Shown piece after piece: positions 18,428 through 28,259 of a DNA stretch of 64,000 bases. Under the pieces are notes generated by a model. The model was not told where the DNA came from, did not search any database, and worked only from the letters and a program-made list of their open reading frames with translations. The stretch's first letter is position 1, and each line of letters begins with the position of its first letter. This stretch comes from Myxococcota bacterium. GTDB taxonomy: Bacteria > Myxococcota_A > Polyangia > Polyangiales > Houyiibacteriaceae. The stretch is taken from NCBI GenBank assembly GCA_039030515.1, contig JBCCEA010000022.1:1-64000 (forward strand), read 5' to 3'. A program made the position numbers and the translations under genes.

Positions 18428-20584
18428 TCAGGCAGCTCGGGCGGACGAGGCTGCTTGTACGCGGTTGCGCCCTCCGTGTTTTGCCGCGTAAAGCGCTTTG
18501 TCTGAGGCTTCGAAGAGCTCTTCTGCAGTGCGGGCATCGTTCGGGAAGTTGGCCACTCCGAGTGATGCCGTCACGCTGAGCGCGCCCATCTCTGTGCGGA
18601 ACACGGTGGCTTCCAAAGCAGCGCGCGCCCGTTCCGCCAGCAGGGCAGCTCCGTTTCCGTCGGTCTCTTCGCAGAGTATGCAAAACTCTTCTCCGCCAAA
18701 GCGTGCCACCGTGTCGGTTTCCCGCTTGATTCCCATCAGCAGCGCTCCCAACTCTTTGATAACAACATCCCCTGTGGCGTGACCATAGGTGTCGTTGACG
18801 CTTTTGAAGTGATCGATATCGGTCACGATCAAAGAGAGCTGCCGCTGAAATCGCTCTGCAGAACGCAGTTTGCTTTCCAGTTCTTCGAGAAACGCTCGCT
18901 TGTTTAGGCAGCCCGTGAGGCCGTCGGTGGTGGCCATCTCCTCAAGTCGCCGGACCGAAGCTGCGTTGGATAAGGCGACCGCGATTTGATTGGAAAGCAC
19001 CTGTAGGGTGGGGCGCACGGAATCACCGAAACGGTCCGGAGCCTCCGCTGCAAAAACCATGGCGCCGATCGCGTCTTCCCGGACGATCAAGGGCAGGATC
19101 AGAAGGGACTGAATGTGCTTAGGGTTGGTTTTTCGAGTGAAGACGAACTGCTGTTTGGGATCAAAATCGCCCCGATAGGGCAAATAGTGACGGTTCTTGA
19201 CCACCATTGCCGTCAACGAATTGTTGTCCTTAAAGCTCAGCCCGTCTATCGCATCGATGCCGGTACCGACCGCGCGTAACACGAGATGGCGCCGCGTCTC
19301 AGCGTCAAAGCGGGTCACCGCCGCAAAATCAAAAGCCGCGATTTCCCGAGCTGCTTCCATGCCGGCATCGATCACCGCGTGTTCGTCCGATGCTGCACTT
19401 AGGGCGCATGAGGCCTTGTAGAGAATGCTCTGCTCCCTCTTGCCCCGCTCGAGCTGCACGAATACCCGCTCGTTTTCCATAGTCCGAAGCACCTGCTGGA
19501 TCGTGTTTTTGAGCACGACTTCGTCTTTCGGCCGAAAGGGTCGATCCTCGATGCGATCGACGCAGAGCGCTCCGCGGATAACGCTTCCGTCGAGAACCGG
19601 TACGCCCATAAAAGAACGTACAGCACACGTCCCGCGGTAGTAACAGATGCCCCCATAGCCCGGTCGAATATGCTCGAGATTCGTGGTGATGCCTCTGAGT
19701 GCGACCGCTCCAACCGCACCTCCGCCGGCGAGGAGAGGGCCGTCTGCGATATCGTCACTCTGGGTTGCGAGCTCCACGATGGAGAGAGATTTGCCGTCGG
19801 GGTTCGTGAAAAGGAGAATCGCGGTATGAAGGTCAAGGGCCCCATGAAGCTGCTCCAGTATGAAATAGAGTTGCTGATGAACCTGTTCGAGGCTGGACAA
19901 AAAGAGTCGCTCTTCGTCGCTTGCACCTGAGCTGATCGGGCGGGTCAGCCGAAAGATTCGGTTTTCTTCAGCAGCACGTTCGCGCTCTTTGACCCGTTCT
20001 TTACGGGAAAGCTCGCGCACTCGAGTGACCTCGGCTCGAGTGAACACCACGTTGAGCAAGCCAAAGGCGACCGTGAATCCGCTGCGCAATACGATGGGTA
20101 TCCAATCGCGTTGGCCGTCCGCGATGAAGTACACGCCTGCGTCGATGGCGACGGCAGCCGCGACGAGTATCGTGCCCACCGGTCGCTGAGCAAAAGACGC
20201 GAGAAAGGCTACGGCGATGTAGACGACCGGTTGCGCTGCCCCGCTATCCGTCTCGTCCGCTCGTACTACGGCGTGGGTGATGACGAGCAGCATCAGTCCC
20301 AAGTGAAACTCCAGTACGGCGCGCGTCGCTAGTCCGCTCGGGCTGGACGATCCGTCTTGTGGGGTGCGTCCTCGAGTTCGTTCGGCCCGGCTTCGCAGGA
20401 TCAATATGGTGCACCAAAAGGCGAATAACAGGGCCCCAGCGGTATGGCCGAGCGTGACTCCACTCCACTCGATGGGGGTGAGCCCGGCCAGTAGAGCCAG
20501 GACAAAGGCGAGCGACGGTCCGTGTTGCAGAAGTCCCCGTAGTGCTCGACGTATCGTTAATGCTGCCTGCACCAATTGCGTCAT
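18428..20584 (-). CDS. dmxA: Membrane-anchored GAF-GAF-GGDEF diguanylate cyclase (DmxA-like)
   Basis: N-terminal TM helices, two GAF domains, RETD I-site and GGEEF active site; lies directly downstream of ftsB. Confidence 0.75.
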   Translation of the reverse strand: MTQLVQAALTIRRALRGLLQHGPSLAFVLALLAGLTPIEWSGVTLGHTAGALLFAFWCTILILRSRAERTRGRTPQDGSSSPSGLATRAVLEFHLGLMLLVITHAVVRADETDSGAAQPVVYIAVAFLASFAQRPVGTILVAAAVAIDAGVYFIADGQRDWIPIVLRSGFTVAFGLLNVVFTRAEVTRVRELSRKERVKERERAAEENRIFRLTRPISSGASDEERLFLSSLEQVHQQLYFILEQLHGALDLHTAILLFTNPDGKSLSIVELATQSDDIADGPLLAGGGAVGAVALRGITTNLEHIRPGYGGICYYRGTCAVRSFMGVPVLDGSVIRGALCVDRIEDRPFRPKDEVVLKNTIQQVLRTMENERVFVQLERGKREQSILYKASCALSAASDEHAVIDAGMEAAREIAAFDFAAVTRFDAETRRHLVLRAVGTGIDAIDGLSFKDNNSLTAMVVKNRHYLPYRGDFDPKQQFVFTRKTNPKHIQSLLILPLIVREDAIGAMVFAAEAPDRFGDSVRPTLQVLSNQIAVALSNAASVRRLEEMATTDGLTGCLNKRAFLEELESKLRSAERFQRQLSLIVTDIDHFKSVNDTYGHATGDVVIKELGALLMGIKRETDTVARFGGEEFCILCEETDGNGAALLAERARAALEATVFRTEMGALSVTASLGVANFPNDARTAEELFEASDKALYAAKHGGRNRVQAASSARAA

Positions 20585-20733
20585 GCGCCCAAATTCGGTC
20601 TATGGAACCGAGACGCTCCAGTCAAAAAATCGGTGCCTGCGACCGACCTGAAGTCCCGCCTGTGCAGGCAGAACCAAGCTCGCCGCTCCTGCAAGAAGGC
20701 TCGCGCGATTCAAGGGCGGCGGGCAGCGCCTGA

Positions 20734-21039
20734 TCAGTGAGGTCGCGAATTGCGCTCGCTGGAGAACTGAAAGATGAGCTCACCCTCACGCAGCATCCCC
20801 AGTTCGTCTCGTGCGATTCGTTCTACCTCCGCCGGGTCCGTGCGGAGACTCTGAACTTCCCGATGCAGCGCTCGAACCTCACGCCGGAGCCGCTCATTGA
20901 CCTGCCGTACTTCCCGCAGCTCGCCGCCAAGCGCCTCGTAGCGTGGCAAGCCTTGGTCGTCGAGCATGAGGGTGGGCACAGAAACGATAGCCATCGCCAA
21001 CAGACCAAAAGGAATCAGCCATGAAACAGAGCGCTCCAT
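20734..21039 (-). CDS. ftsB: Septum formation initiator FtsB/DivIC
   Basis: Single TM, coiled coil and ERIARDELGMLREGE motif. Confidence 0.88.
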   Translation of the reverse strand: MERSVSWLIPFGLLAMAIVSVPTLMLDDQGLPRYEALGGELREVRQVNERLRREVRALHREVQSLRTDPAEVERIARDELGMLREGELIFQFSSERNSRPH

Positions 21040-21137
21040 CGACGACCGAGCGTTTCCTTCCTGCCCAAATCAGTCAAATTTTGGAGCGCTTTCCCGATGC
21101 CCGACCCGAGAAGCGCAGACGGGTATCGCTCAGCGGC

Positions 21138-21166
21138 TTGACACGTTTTGAAGAGCTTCCTAGTTT
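21138..21166 (+). promoter_or_regulatory. Sigma70-type promoter for hrcA
   Basis: TTGACA-17 bp-TAGTTT, ending 9 nt before the GTG at 21176. Confidence 0.65.
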
Positions 21167-21175
21167 TCTAGAGCA

Positions 21176-22237
21176 GTGTCGAACAAAGGCCCTGTGGGCC
21201 ACGAACTCAATTACAGACGCCGAAGAATCCTCTACGCACTTTTATCTGAATATATTGCGACAGGGGAGCCGGTCGGATCCAGGAAGCTTGCCAAGCGGTA
21301 TGGCCTGAACCTGTCTCCAGCCACGATTCGAAACGTGCTCGCAGATCTCGAGGAGCTCGGATACCTGATACAGCCTCATGCGAGCGCAGGGCGCGTGCCC
21401 ACAGGGGCGGGCTTTCGTGTTTTTGTAGACGCGCTCGTTCAGTTCCGGGAGGTCTCAAGCGACGACCAAGCCGCGATTGCCCGTCGGTTGCAGGGTCTCT
21501 CTCCCCAAGACGATGTGCTCCGCGAAACGGGGCGACTGCTTTCTGCTCTTGCTGGAGCGGCCGCGGTGATCGCCTCGCCTCGTCCAGACGAGGAAATTCT
21601 TGAAGAAATTCGGTTCCTGCGCCTGCGATCGGATCAAGTCCTGGCAGTTCTCGTTCTGCAGGGAGGTGCGGTCCAAAATCGGGTTCTCCGACTCGATGAG
21701 CAGGACTGTGGGCCTTCTGAGCTTGAGCGGATCAACAACTACCTGGCGGCTCGAGTTTCGGGCGCAAGTTTGGTTTCGATAAGGCAGCGGATCGCCTCTG
21801 AGGTTGCAGGCGAACGCAACAACTACGACGAACTTCGCCGCCAAGCTGCGCGTATCATCGATGATTTGGGTGACGAGGCAGGGCCGGTGCAAGTGGTGAT
21901 CGAAGGCCAGAGTGAACTCTTCGATCGGCCCGAGTTTAGCAACGTCGATACCATCAAGGGATATCTCCGCGCGTTCGAGGACCGTGAGCATCTCCTCTCG
22001 CTGCTCGACCGAACCATTTTAGCCGGTGGTGTTCAGGTCGTCATCGGAGCAGAGGCTCAAATCGAAGCGGTGGAGGACATCAGTCTTATCGCTGCATCCT
22101 ATCGCAAATCGGCTTCTGCAGTCGGCACCCTCGGCGTCATCGGCCCCGCTCGAATGGATTACGCCAAACTGATGCCCCTCGTCGCATTTACCGCTCAGTA
22201 TCTTACAGAGCTGCATATTTCCAGCGACGAAGCCTAG
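21176..22237 (+). CDS. hrcA: Heat-inducible transcription repressor HrcA
   Basis: EPVGSR..SPATIRN..PHASAGRVPT and GVIGPARMDY motifs. Confidence 0.96.
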   Translation: MSNKGPVGHELNYRRRRILYALLSEYIATGEPVGSRKLAKRYGLNLSPATIRNVLADLEELGYLIQPHASAGRVPTGAGFRVFVDALVQFREVSSDDQAAIARRLQGLSPQDDVLRETGRLLSALAGAAAVIASPRPDEEILEEIRFLRLRSDQVLAVLVLQGGAVQNRVLRLDEQDCGPSELERINNYLAARVSGASLVSIRQRIASEVAGERNNYDELRRQAARIIDDLGDEAGPVQVVIEGQSELFDRPEFSNVDTIKGYLRAFEDREHLLSLLDRTILAGGVQVVIGAEAQIEAVEDISLIAASYRKSASAVGTLGVIGPARMDYAKLMPLVAFTAQYLTELHISSDEA

Positions 22238-22385
22238 AACGAAGCGTCCCGACGTGATTCGAGGGAACACACACCGATGCGCGTCCCGTAAAACCTTTCA
22301 AAACAGGCTTGTGGTCGTGAAAGCGCATGCGATAACCCAACTAGGGGCCTTGATGGTGTTTTTACCAACATGAAGTTGGACCGCC

Positions 22386-23045
22386 TTGAGCACTGCACGG
22401 AGCTTAGAAGTGACCGAAAGTAAGGATTCCGCCGAGCAAGAACACCGAAACCAAGCCGATCCCGACGGAACGCTGAGTGACGCCGCAACGCTCGAGTCCT
22501 CCGAGGTGTCGAGCGGGGGTTCTATCGATGAACTCAAGCAAGAGCGAGATCGACTCAAGGAACAATGGCTCCGTGCAGCAGCCGACTTAGAAAACTACCG
22601 CAGAAGGGCAAAGAAAGATCTTGAAGAAGCCTTCAAGCGAGCCCGAGAAGATGTGGTTCGGGAGATCCTGCCTCTCTTTGACAATCTCGAGCGCGCGCTC
22701 GGTGCTGCGGAAAACGCGACCGACGTAGAGGCGATTTTGGACGGGGTGCGCATGGTCCTCAAGCAGTTCGAAGATGTGGGTGGCCGCATTGGGCTTGAGC
22801 GCGTGGTCACGTCGCAATGTCGTTTTGACCCCAACTGCCACGATGCGGTGCAGCAAGTGGAGTCGGCCGAGCATGAGCCAGGAACCATTGTTTCAGAGCT
22901 GGTTCCCGGCTACCATTTCGGAGGGCGATTGCTCCGGGCGGCGATGGTGGTGGTATCCAAAGCGCCTGCGAAACCGGCCGAGCCAGCGGAGGTCGTCGAA
23001 GTCAGTTCCCCCGAGGGCGACGAAGCTGATGGCCCGACAAACTGA
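22386..23045 (+). CDS. grpE: Nucleotide exchange factor GrpE
   Basis: RAAADLENYRRR, FDPNCHDAV and GY..GRLLRAAMVVV motifs. Confidence 0.95.
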   Translation: MSTARSLEVTESKDSAEQEHRNQADPDGTLSDAATLESSEVSSGGSIDELKQERDRLKEQWLRAAADLENYRRRAKKDLEEAFKRAREDVVREILPLFDNLERALGAAENATDVEAILDGVRMVLKQFEDVGGRIGLERVVTSQCRFDPNCHDAVQQVESAEHEPGTIVSELVPGYHFGGRLLRAAMVVVSKAPAKPAEPAEVVEVSSPEGDEADGPTN

Positions 23046-23070
23046 GGTTCGCGTATAACGGATCGAGAGC

Positions 23071-24933
23071 ATGAGCAAGGTCATCGGAATCGATCTCGGA
23101 ACCACGAACTCCTGCGTAGCCTTCATCGACAAGGGAGAGCCGGTGGTCATCCCCAATGCAGAGGGCAGCCGAACGACCCCCTCCGTCGTCGCATTCACCG
23201 CGGAGGGAGAACGACGTCTCGGAAACGTAGCCAAGCGCCAGGCGGTCACCAATCCCGAGAATACCGTGTTTGCAGTCAAGCGGCTGATGGGCAGAGCCTA
23301 TGATTCAGAGGAGACCGGGCGGCATGCGCAAGCCGTCCCCTACCGGGTGGTCCAGGCGATGAATGGCGATGCCTGGGTTCACGTGGGCAATCGAGAATAT
23401 GCTCCCCCAGAACTCAGCGCTTTTGTCATCGGGCAAATGAAGGAAGTCGCCGAGTCCTACCTGGGAGAGAAGGTGGAGGAAGCGGTCATCACGGTGCCCG
23501 CGTATTTCGACGATGCGCAGCGCCAGGCTACCAAGGATGCCGGCAAAATCGCTGGATTGAACGTTCGCCGAATCATCAACGAGCCCACCGCGGCAGCTCT
23601 CGCGTACGGCTTTGAAAACAAGCAAAATGCACGCATCGCCGTGTACGATCTCGGCGGCGGCACCTTCGATATCTCGATCTTGGAAATCGCGGCAGGCGTG
23701 TTCAGCGTTCGCGCGACCAACGGGGATACGCATCTCGGGGGAGAGGACTTCGACAACGCGATCGTCGAGTACCTCGCAAAGCATTTCGAGGAGCAGACGG
23801 CCATCGATCTTCGCAAAGATCGCATCGCTTTGCAGCGCCTGAAGGAACAGGCCGAAAAAGCCAAGCACGAGCTTTCGACCTCGCTGGAGACGGAGTTCAA
23901 CCTGCCTTTCATCGCGGTCAACGAGCAGGGGCCTCAGCATCTCGAGCTGACGTTGAAGCGAAGCGATCTCGAAATCATGTGTAGCGAGTTGGTAGAGCGC
24001 ACTCTGGAACCGCTGCGCAAAGCCCTTGCCGACGCCAAGCTCACCCCGCAGGACATCGACGAGGTCGTGCTCGTCGGGGGTCAAACCCGCATGCCGATGG
24101 TTCAGGCCAAGGTGTCCGAGTTTTTCTCGTGCGAGCCGAATAAAGGGGTGAACCCGGATGAAGTGGTGTCGGTCGGAGCGGCGATTCAGGCAGCAGCGCT
24201 TACCGGTGAGGTCGAGGAGGTGCTCCTGCTCGATGTCACGCCACTCAGTCTTGGAGTCAATACGGCTGGGGGGGTGTTTACACCGCTGATCCCCCGCAAC
24301 ACCACGATTCCGACGAGGCAGTCGGAGGTGTTCACCACCAGCATCGACAATCAGCCTTTTGTCCCGATTCACGTACTGCAGGGAGAGCGTGAGATGTCGG
24401 CGGACAACAAAACCCTAGCTAAATTCGAGCTAGCTCCGATTCCACCAGCGCCCCGAGGGGTGCCGGAAATCGAGGTCGTCTTCGACATCGACGCCAACGG
24501 AATCGTTCACGTCAGCGCTGTCGACAAGGGAACCGGTAAAGAGAAAACCGTCCGCGTGGTCGCTTCCAGTGGCCTTACCGCAGAGCAGATCGATGAAATC
24601 GTCTCTGACGCAGAAAAGTACAAAGAAAGTGACGCACAGCGTAAAGAGCTCGCCGAACTCCGCAACACCGCCGAAGCGCTTCTCTACACCTCAGAACGTG
24701 CGGTAGAGGAGTGCGCCGAACTTGTGGCAGAAGACATCATGAAGCAGGTTCGAGAAGACGTGGGTCTACTCAAGGAGCTGCTTGAGGCAAATGCGGATGC
24801 CGTCGCCATCCGGGAAGCGCTGCAGACCTTGGAAATGAGCGCTTACAGTATCGCTGAGCAAATGTATAGTTCCGCAAATGCAGAGGAAATCCCCTCTGCA
24901 TCAAATGCGGACGACGACAACCAAGAACCATAG
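23071..24933 (+). CDS. dnaK: Chaperone DnaK (Hsp70)
   Basis: [17 protein letters not shown] and [10 protein letters not shown] motifs. Confidence 0.97.
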   Translation: MSKVIGIDLGTTNSCVAFIDKGEPVVIPNAEGSRTTPSVVAFTAEGERRLGNVAKRQAVTNPENTVFAVKRLMGRAYDSEETGRHAQAVPYRVVQAMNGDAWVHVGNREYAPPELSAFVIGQMKEVAESYLGEKVEEAVITVPAYFDDAQRQATKDAGKIAGLNVRRIINEPTAAALAYGFENKQNARIAVYDLGGGTFDISILEIAAGVFSVRATNGDTHLGGEDFDNAIVEYLAKHFEEQTAIDLRKDRIALQRLKEQAEKAKHELSTSLETEFNLPFIAVNEQGPQHLELTLKRSDLEIMCSELVERTLEPLRKALADAKLTPQDIDEVVLVGGQTRMPMVQAKVSEFFSCEPNKGVNPDEVVSVGAAIQAAALTGEVEEVLLLDVTPLSLGVNTAGGVFTPLIPRNTTIPTRQSEVFTTSIDNQPFVPIHVLQGEREMSADNKTLAKFELAPIPPAPRGVPEIEVVFDIDANGIVHVSAVDKGTGKEKTVRVVASSGLTAEQIDEIVSDAEKYKESDAQRKELAELRNTAEALLYTSERAVEECAELVAEDIMKQVREDVGLLKELLEANADAVAIREALQTLEMSAYSIAEQMYSSANAEEIPSASNADDDNQEP

Positions 24934-25017
24934 CCGTCTCGGCTTGAACGCTTGCTTTGCTCGGCACCTCGCGTTGTGGGCCGCTGCGTACCCCTGCTAT
25001 AGCCAGGGCAGCCGAGT

Positions 25018-26400
25018 ATGTGGATGCCGCAAAATACCTCCTCATCGGTTGACCCAGCGTTGCCAGCCGAGCCCCATTCTTATGAGCGCTCGGCTGGATC
25101 GGTTGCCGGCGTTCCCGACGGGCGAGGGCCGAACTACCTCCTGCTCGTCCAGCTGCGCGCCGTCACGGCAGCCTGTCAGGGGTTGGCGGCGCTTGGAGTA
25201 GAGCTCTTTCTGGCGATGGAAATTCCGCTGTTTTGGATCTTCCTTGTCGTCGCACTGAGTGGGCTGTCGAATCTGCCGATCGTATACCTCAGGCGTCGCG
25301 GCCGAGTGTTGCGCCCTCGAGAACTCGGTGCCCTGCTCACCGGTGATGTGGTCGCGCTTTCGGTCGTGCTCTACCTTTCTGGCGGACCGGTGAATCCGCT
25401 CAGTGCGCTTTATCTGGTCTACATCGCGCTGAGTGCGCTGCTGCTCGGTCGATACTGGACCTGGTTTCTGACCTTCGTCGCCACGGTGGCCTACCGGATT
25501 CTGTTCGAATCCCCAAAGCCTGAGTCCAGTTTGGCGCAGCCTGAATCCAGTTTGGTGCACCATGTGGCGCATGGCGTGCACCAAGAGTTCTCGGCGCATC
25601 TAGACGGGATGTGGGTCGCCTTTGCCGTTTCAGCGGGGTTGATGGCTTTCTTTCTTTCACGCCTTTCGGTGGAACGGCTGCAGCGCGAGCGAGATTTGGT
25701 TTCTGCAAAGCAGCGCGCGGAGCGAATGGCCTCGCTCACGACGCTTTCTGCGGGAGCCGCTCATGAGCTGGGTAGCCCTTTGTCCACGATGGCGGTCGCC
25801 TCCAAGGAGCTCGAGCGTAGTCTTAGATCTGCGAAGGCCGACCCTGGCTGGATCGAGGACGCGGTGCTGATTCGGGAGGAGGTGGCTCGCTGTCGTGAGA
25901 TTCTCGACGGAATGTCGCTCCGATCGGGAGGACTGGTGGGCGAGACTCCGAAATGGTGTTCGGTCTCGGAGCTACTCGACGAGATCGCGGCTGCTCTACC
26001 CACGCAGCTTGTGGATCGTCTCACCGTACGTTCGGAGGCAGGGATGTTTTTGCTGGTGCCTCAACTCGGATTTCTACGGGTGCTGCGGAACCTCATAGAG
26101 AACGCATTCGATGCATCGGACCAGCACGCGCCGGTTCAGCTCGCGGTTGCTCTCGAAGGCGCCGAGTGTGTGGTTGAATTGGTCGACCGCGGGGCGGGAA
26201 TGACCCAGGATGTGCAAACGCGAGCGATGGAGCCGTTCTTTACCACCAAGCCCCAAGGTCGAGGGATCGGACTCGGGTTGTTTCTCGCTCGTACCCTTTT
26301 AGAGCTCTTGGGCGGCAGCCTACGTCTTTCTAGCGAGGTCGGGTCGGGGACGACCGTTTGCCTGCGCCTCCCTAGAAGCCGAGTTCGAATGGAGACCTAA
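25018..26400 (+). CDS. regB: RegB/PrrB-like membrane sensor histidine kinase
   Basis: TM domain with SGGPVNP motif, AAHELGSPL H-box, and N/G boxes. Confidence 0.75.
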   Translation: MWMPQNTSSSVDPALPAEPHSYERSAGSVAGVPDGRGPNYLLLVQLRAVTAACQGLAALGVELFLAMEIPLFWIFLVVALSGLSNLPIVYLRRRGRVLRPRELGALLTGDVVALSVVLYLSGGPVNPLSALYLVYIALSALLLGRYWTWFLTFVATVAYRILFESPKPESSLAQPESSLVHHVAHGVHQEFSAHLDGMWVAFAVSAGLMAFFLSRLSVERLQRERDLVSAKQRAERMASLTTLSAGAAHELGSPLSTMAVASKELERSLRSAKADPGWIEDAVLIREEVARCREILDGMSLRSGGLVGETPKWCSVSELLDEIAAALPTQLVDRLTVRSEAGMFLLVPQLGFLRVLRNLIENAFDASDQHAPVQLAVALEGAECVVELVDRGAGMTQDVQTRAMEPFFTTKPQGRGIGLGLFLARTLLELLGGSLRLSSEVGSGTTVCLRLPRSRVRMET

Positions 26401-26405
26401 GCGCT

Positions 26406-27005
26406 ATGCTGGAATCCATGACACCCGAAGGTACGCGCGTCCCCGATGAGACAGCTTTGGGGACCGAAGCCACCCATTCGATTCTGTTGGTGGACGATGA
26501 CGACCGGTTTCGTACCCGCTTGGAACAAGCGTTTCGGTCGAGAGGCTACTCTGTCCATGCCGCGGACTGCGCTGCATCGGCGCGTAGTGCAGTGCGCGAT
26601 CACGCGATCGACTTTGTGGTGTTGGATTTGAGGCTGCGGGAGGAGTCTGGTCTCGACCTGCTGGCGGATTTGCTGAAATGCGATCCCGACCTCTCGATCG
26701 TTCTGCTCACGGGCTACGGCAGTATCGCCACCGCGATCGAGGCGGTAAAGCGGGGTGCAATACACTATCTGACCAAGCCGGTGGACGTAGACGACATCCT
26801 GCGTGTGTTCACCAGCGCTGCCTCTAGAGATAAAGCGGCCGTAGAAATTCCAGCCACGGTTCCTTCGCTAGCGAGGGTGGAATGGGAACACATCAATGCG
26901 GTCCTCACCGACTGTGAGGGCAACGTCACCCGCGCCGCACGCGCCCTAGGGATGCACCGGCGAACCCTACAGCGCAAACTCGCAAAGTATCCAGTCCCGC
27001 GTTAG
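26406..27005 (+). CDS. regA: RegA/PrrA-like response regulator
   Basis: REC domain plus RVEWEHI..GNVTRAARALGMHRRTLQRKL HTH. Confidence 0.85.
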   Translation: MLESMTPEGTRVPDETALGTEATHSILLVDDDDRFRTRLEQAFRSRGYSVHAADCAASARSAVRDHAIDFVVLDLRLREESGLDLLADLLKCDPDLSIVLLTGYGSIATAIEAVKRGAIHYLTKPVDVDDILRVFTSAASRDKAAVEIPATVPSLARVEWEHINAVLTDCEGNVTRAARALGMHRRTLQRKLAKYPVPR

Positions 27006-27117
27006 ATACATTGTATCTCAGTAGATTCAGTGCCGTACTAGATCGAGAGTCGCAAAAGATACAGTGCCGCAATAGATACTTCGTATCGTTTTCAATACGC
27101 AGTGCTGTGCCGGATAC

Positions 27118-27132
27118 GCGACAATATGCCAC
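27118..27132 (+). promoter_or_regulatory. Putative RegA/RegR binding site upstream of mbnP
   Basis: GCGAC-AATAT-GCCAC resembles the GCGRC-N5-GNCGC RegR/PrrA box; lies in the regA-mbnP intergenic region. Confidence 0.4.
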
Positions 27133-27252
27133 TTCGAATCTGGGTCGAAACGCTCTCAAACTGTGCCTGCCGACTCACCACGGCGAAAGCACCGGCTTGC
27201 GCGAAACCTCAGTAGAACGCACCTAGCGCCCAATAGAAACGGAGAAAAGCTC

Positions 27253-28194
27253 GTGACCTGCAGCGATAAACCACAATCCTATGTACAGGCTTTGAAGGCG
27301 TTAGCTCACCGAATCGCCGTCCTCACGGGGTGCGGCCTCGCCGGATATGGCTTGGTTGCCTGCGGTGATGACTCCTCCTCTGATGACTACAGCGACGCTG
27401 CGATCCCCGACGCGATGGATTCCTCGACCGCAGAGGTTTCGGTTCAGTTCCAAGCGCTGGTCGGAGGCGAGCCTTTTGCCTGCGGCTCGTCCTACGACGG
27501 AATTGGCACCAGCTCCTCTACGGTGCAGCCAAACGACTTCAGGCTCTACATCCACGACGTTCGACTGCTCGATTCAGAAGGAAACGAAGTCCCGCTCACG
27601 CTGACGCAGGACGACGCGTTTCAGTATCAGGACCTTGTGCTGCTCGACTTCGAAGACGGAACGGCCACTTGCAGTGGAGGCAACTCGGCCGTGAATCCCC
27701 AGGCTGTCGGTACCGTGCCGGCAGGAGAATACAGCGGCATTCGCTTTGTACTGGGCGTGCCCTTCGAGCTGAACCACGCAAACGCAGCCACTGCGCCCTC
27801 CCCACTCAACGTCACCTCGCTCTTTTGGAACTGGCAGGGCGGCTACAAATTCGCCCGATTTGACGGGCCCGCAGGAGACCTCCCGGAGTGGCGATTTCAT
27901 TTGGGCAGTACTGGATGCGACGGTGATACAACGGGCACCGTTCCGACGACCACCTGCACCAACGGAAACCGCGCAGAAGTGGAGCTGACGAACTTTGACC
28001 CGACCTCAACCCCGATTTCCGCCGATTTGGGCGCTTTGCTGGAAGGAGTGGATCTCACCGAGGATACCAATGGTCCACCCGGATGCATGTCCGGTCCGAA
28101 GGACCTCGAGTGCGAGAACTACTTCTCCAATCTCGGGCTCTCGTTCAATGGCTCGACCCCCGGACCTCAGTCGTTCTTTTCGGTGTCTAACTGA
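27253..28194 (+). CDS. mbnP: MbnP-family copper-binding lipoprotein (four-Cys metallo-mystery pair)
   Basis: Lipobox LVAC, WNWQGGY WxW motif, HLGSTGC and GCMS. GTG start follows a GGAG RBS. Confidence 0.8.
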   Translation: MTCSDKPQSYVQALKALAHRIAVLTGCGLAGYGLVACGDDSSSDDYSDAAIPDAMDSSTAEVSVQFQALVGGEPFACGSSYDGIGTSSSTVQPNDFRLYIHDVRLLDSEGNEVPLTLTQDDAFQYQDLVLLDFEDGTATCSGGNSAVNPQAVGTVPAGEYSGIRFVLGVPFELNHANAATAPSPLNVTSLFWNWQGGYKFARFDGPAGDLPEWRFHLGSTGCDGDTTGTVPTTTCTNGNRAEVELTNFDPTSTPISADLGALLEGVDLTEDTNGPPGCMSGPKDLECENYFSNLGLSFNGSTPGPQSFFSVSN

Positions 28195-28259
28195 ACGGGG
28201 TGCACCATTTCTGATCTGGATACACAATATCCGATCTGGATGCACGATGTCTGAGGCGG

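Noticed and set aside
23305..24372. 355-aa antisense ORF
   Set aside because: It is a shadow ORF opposite dnaK, a well-known artefact of GC-rich codon usage.
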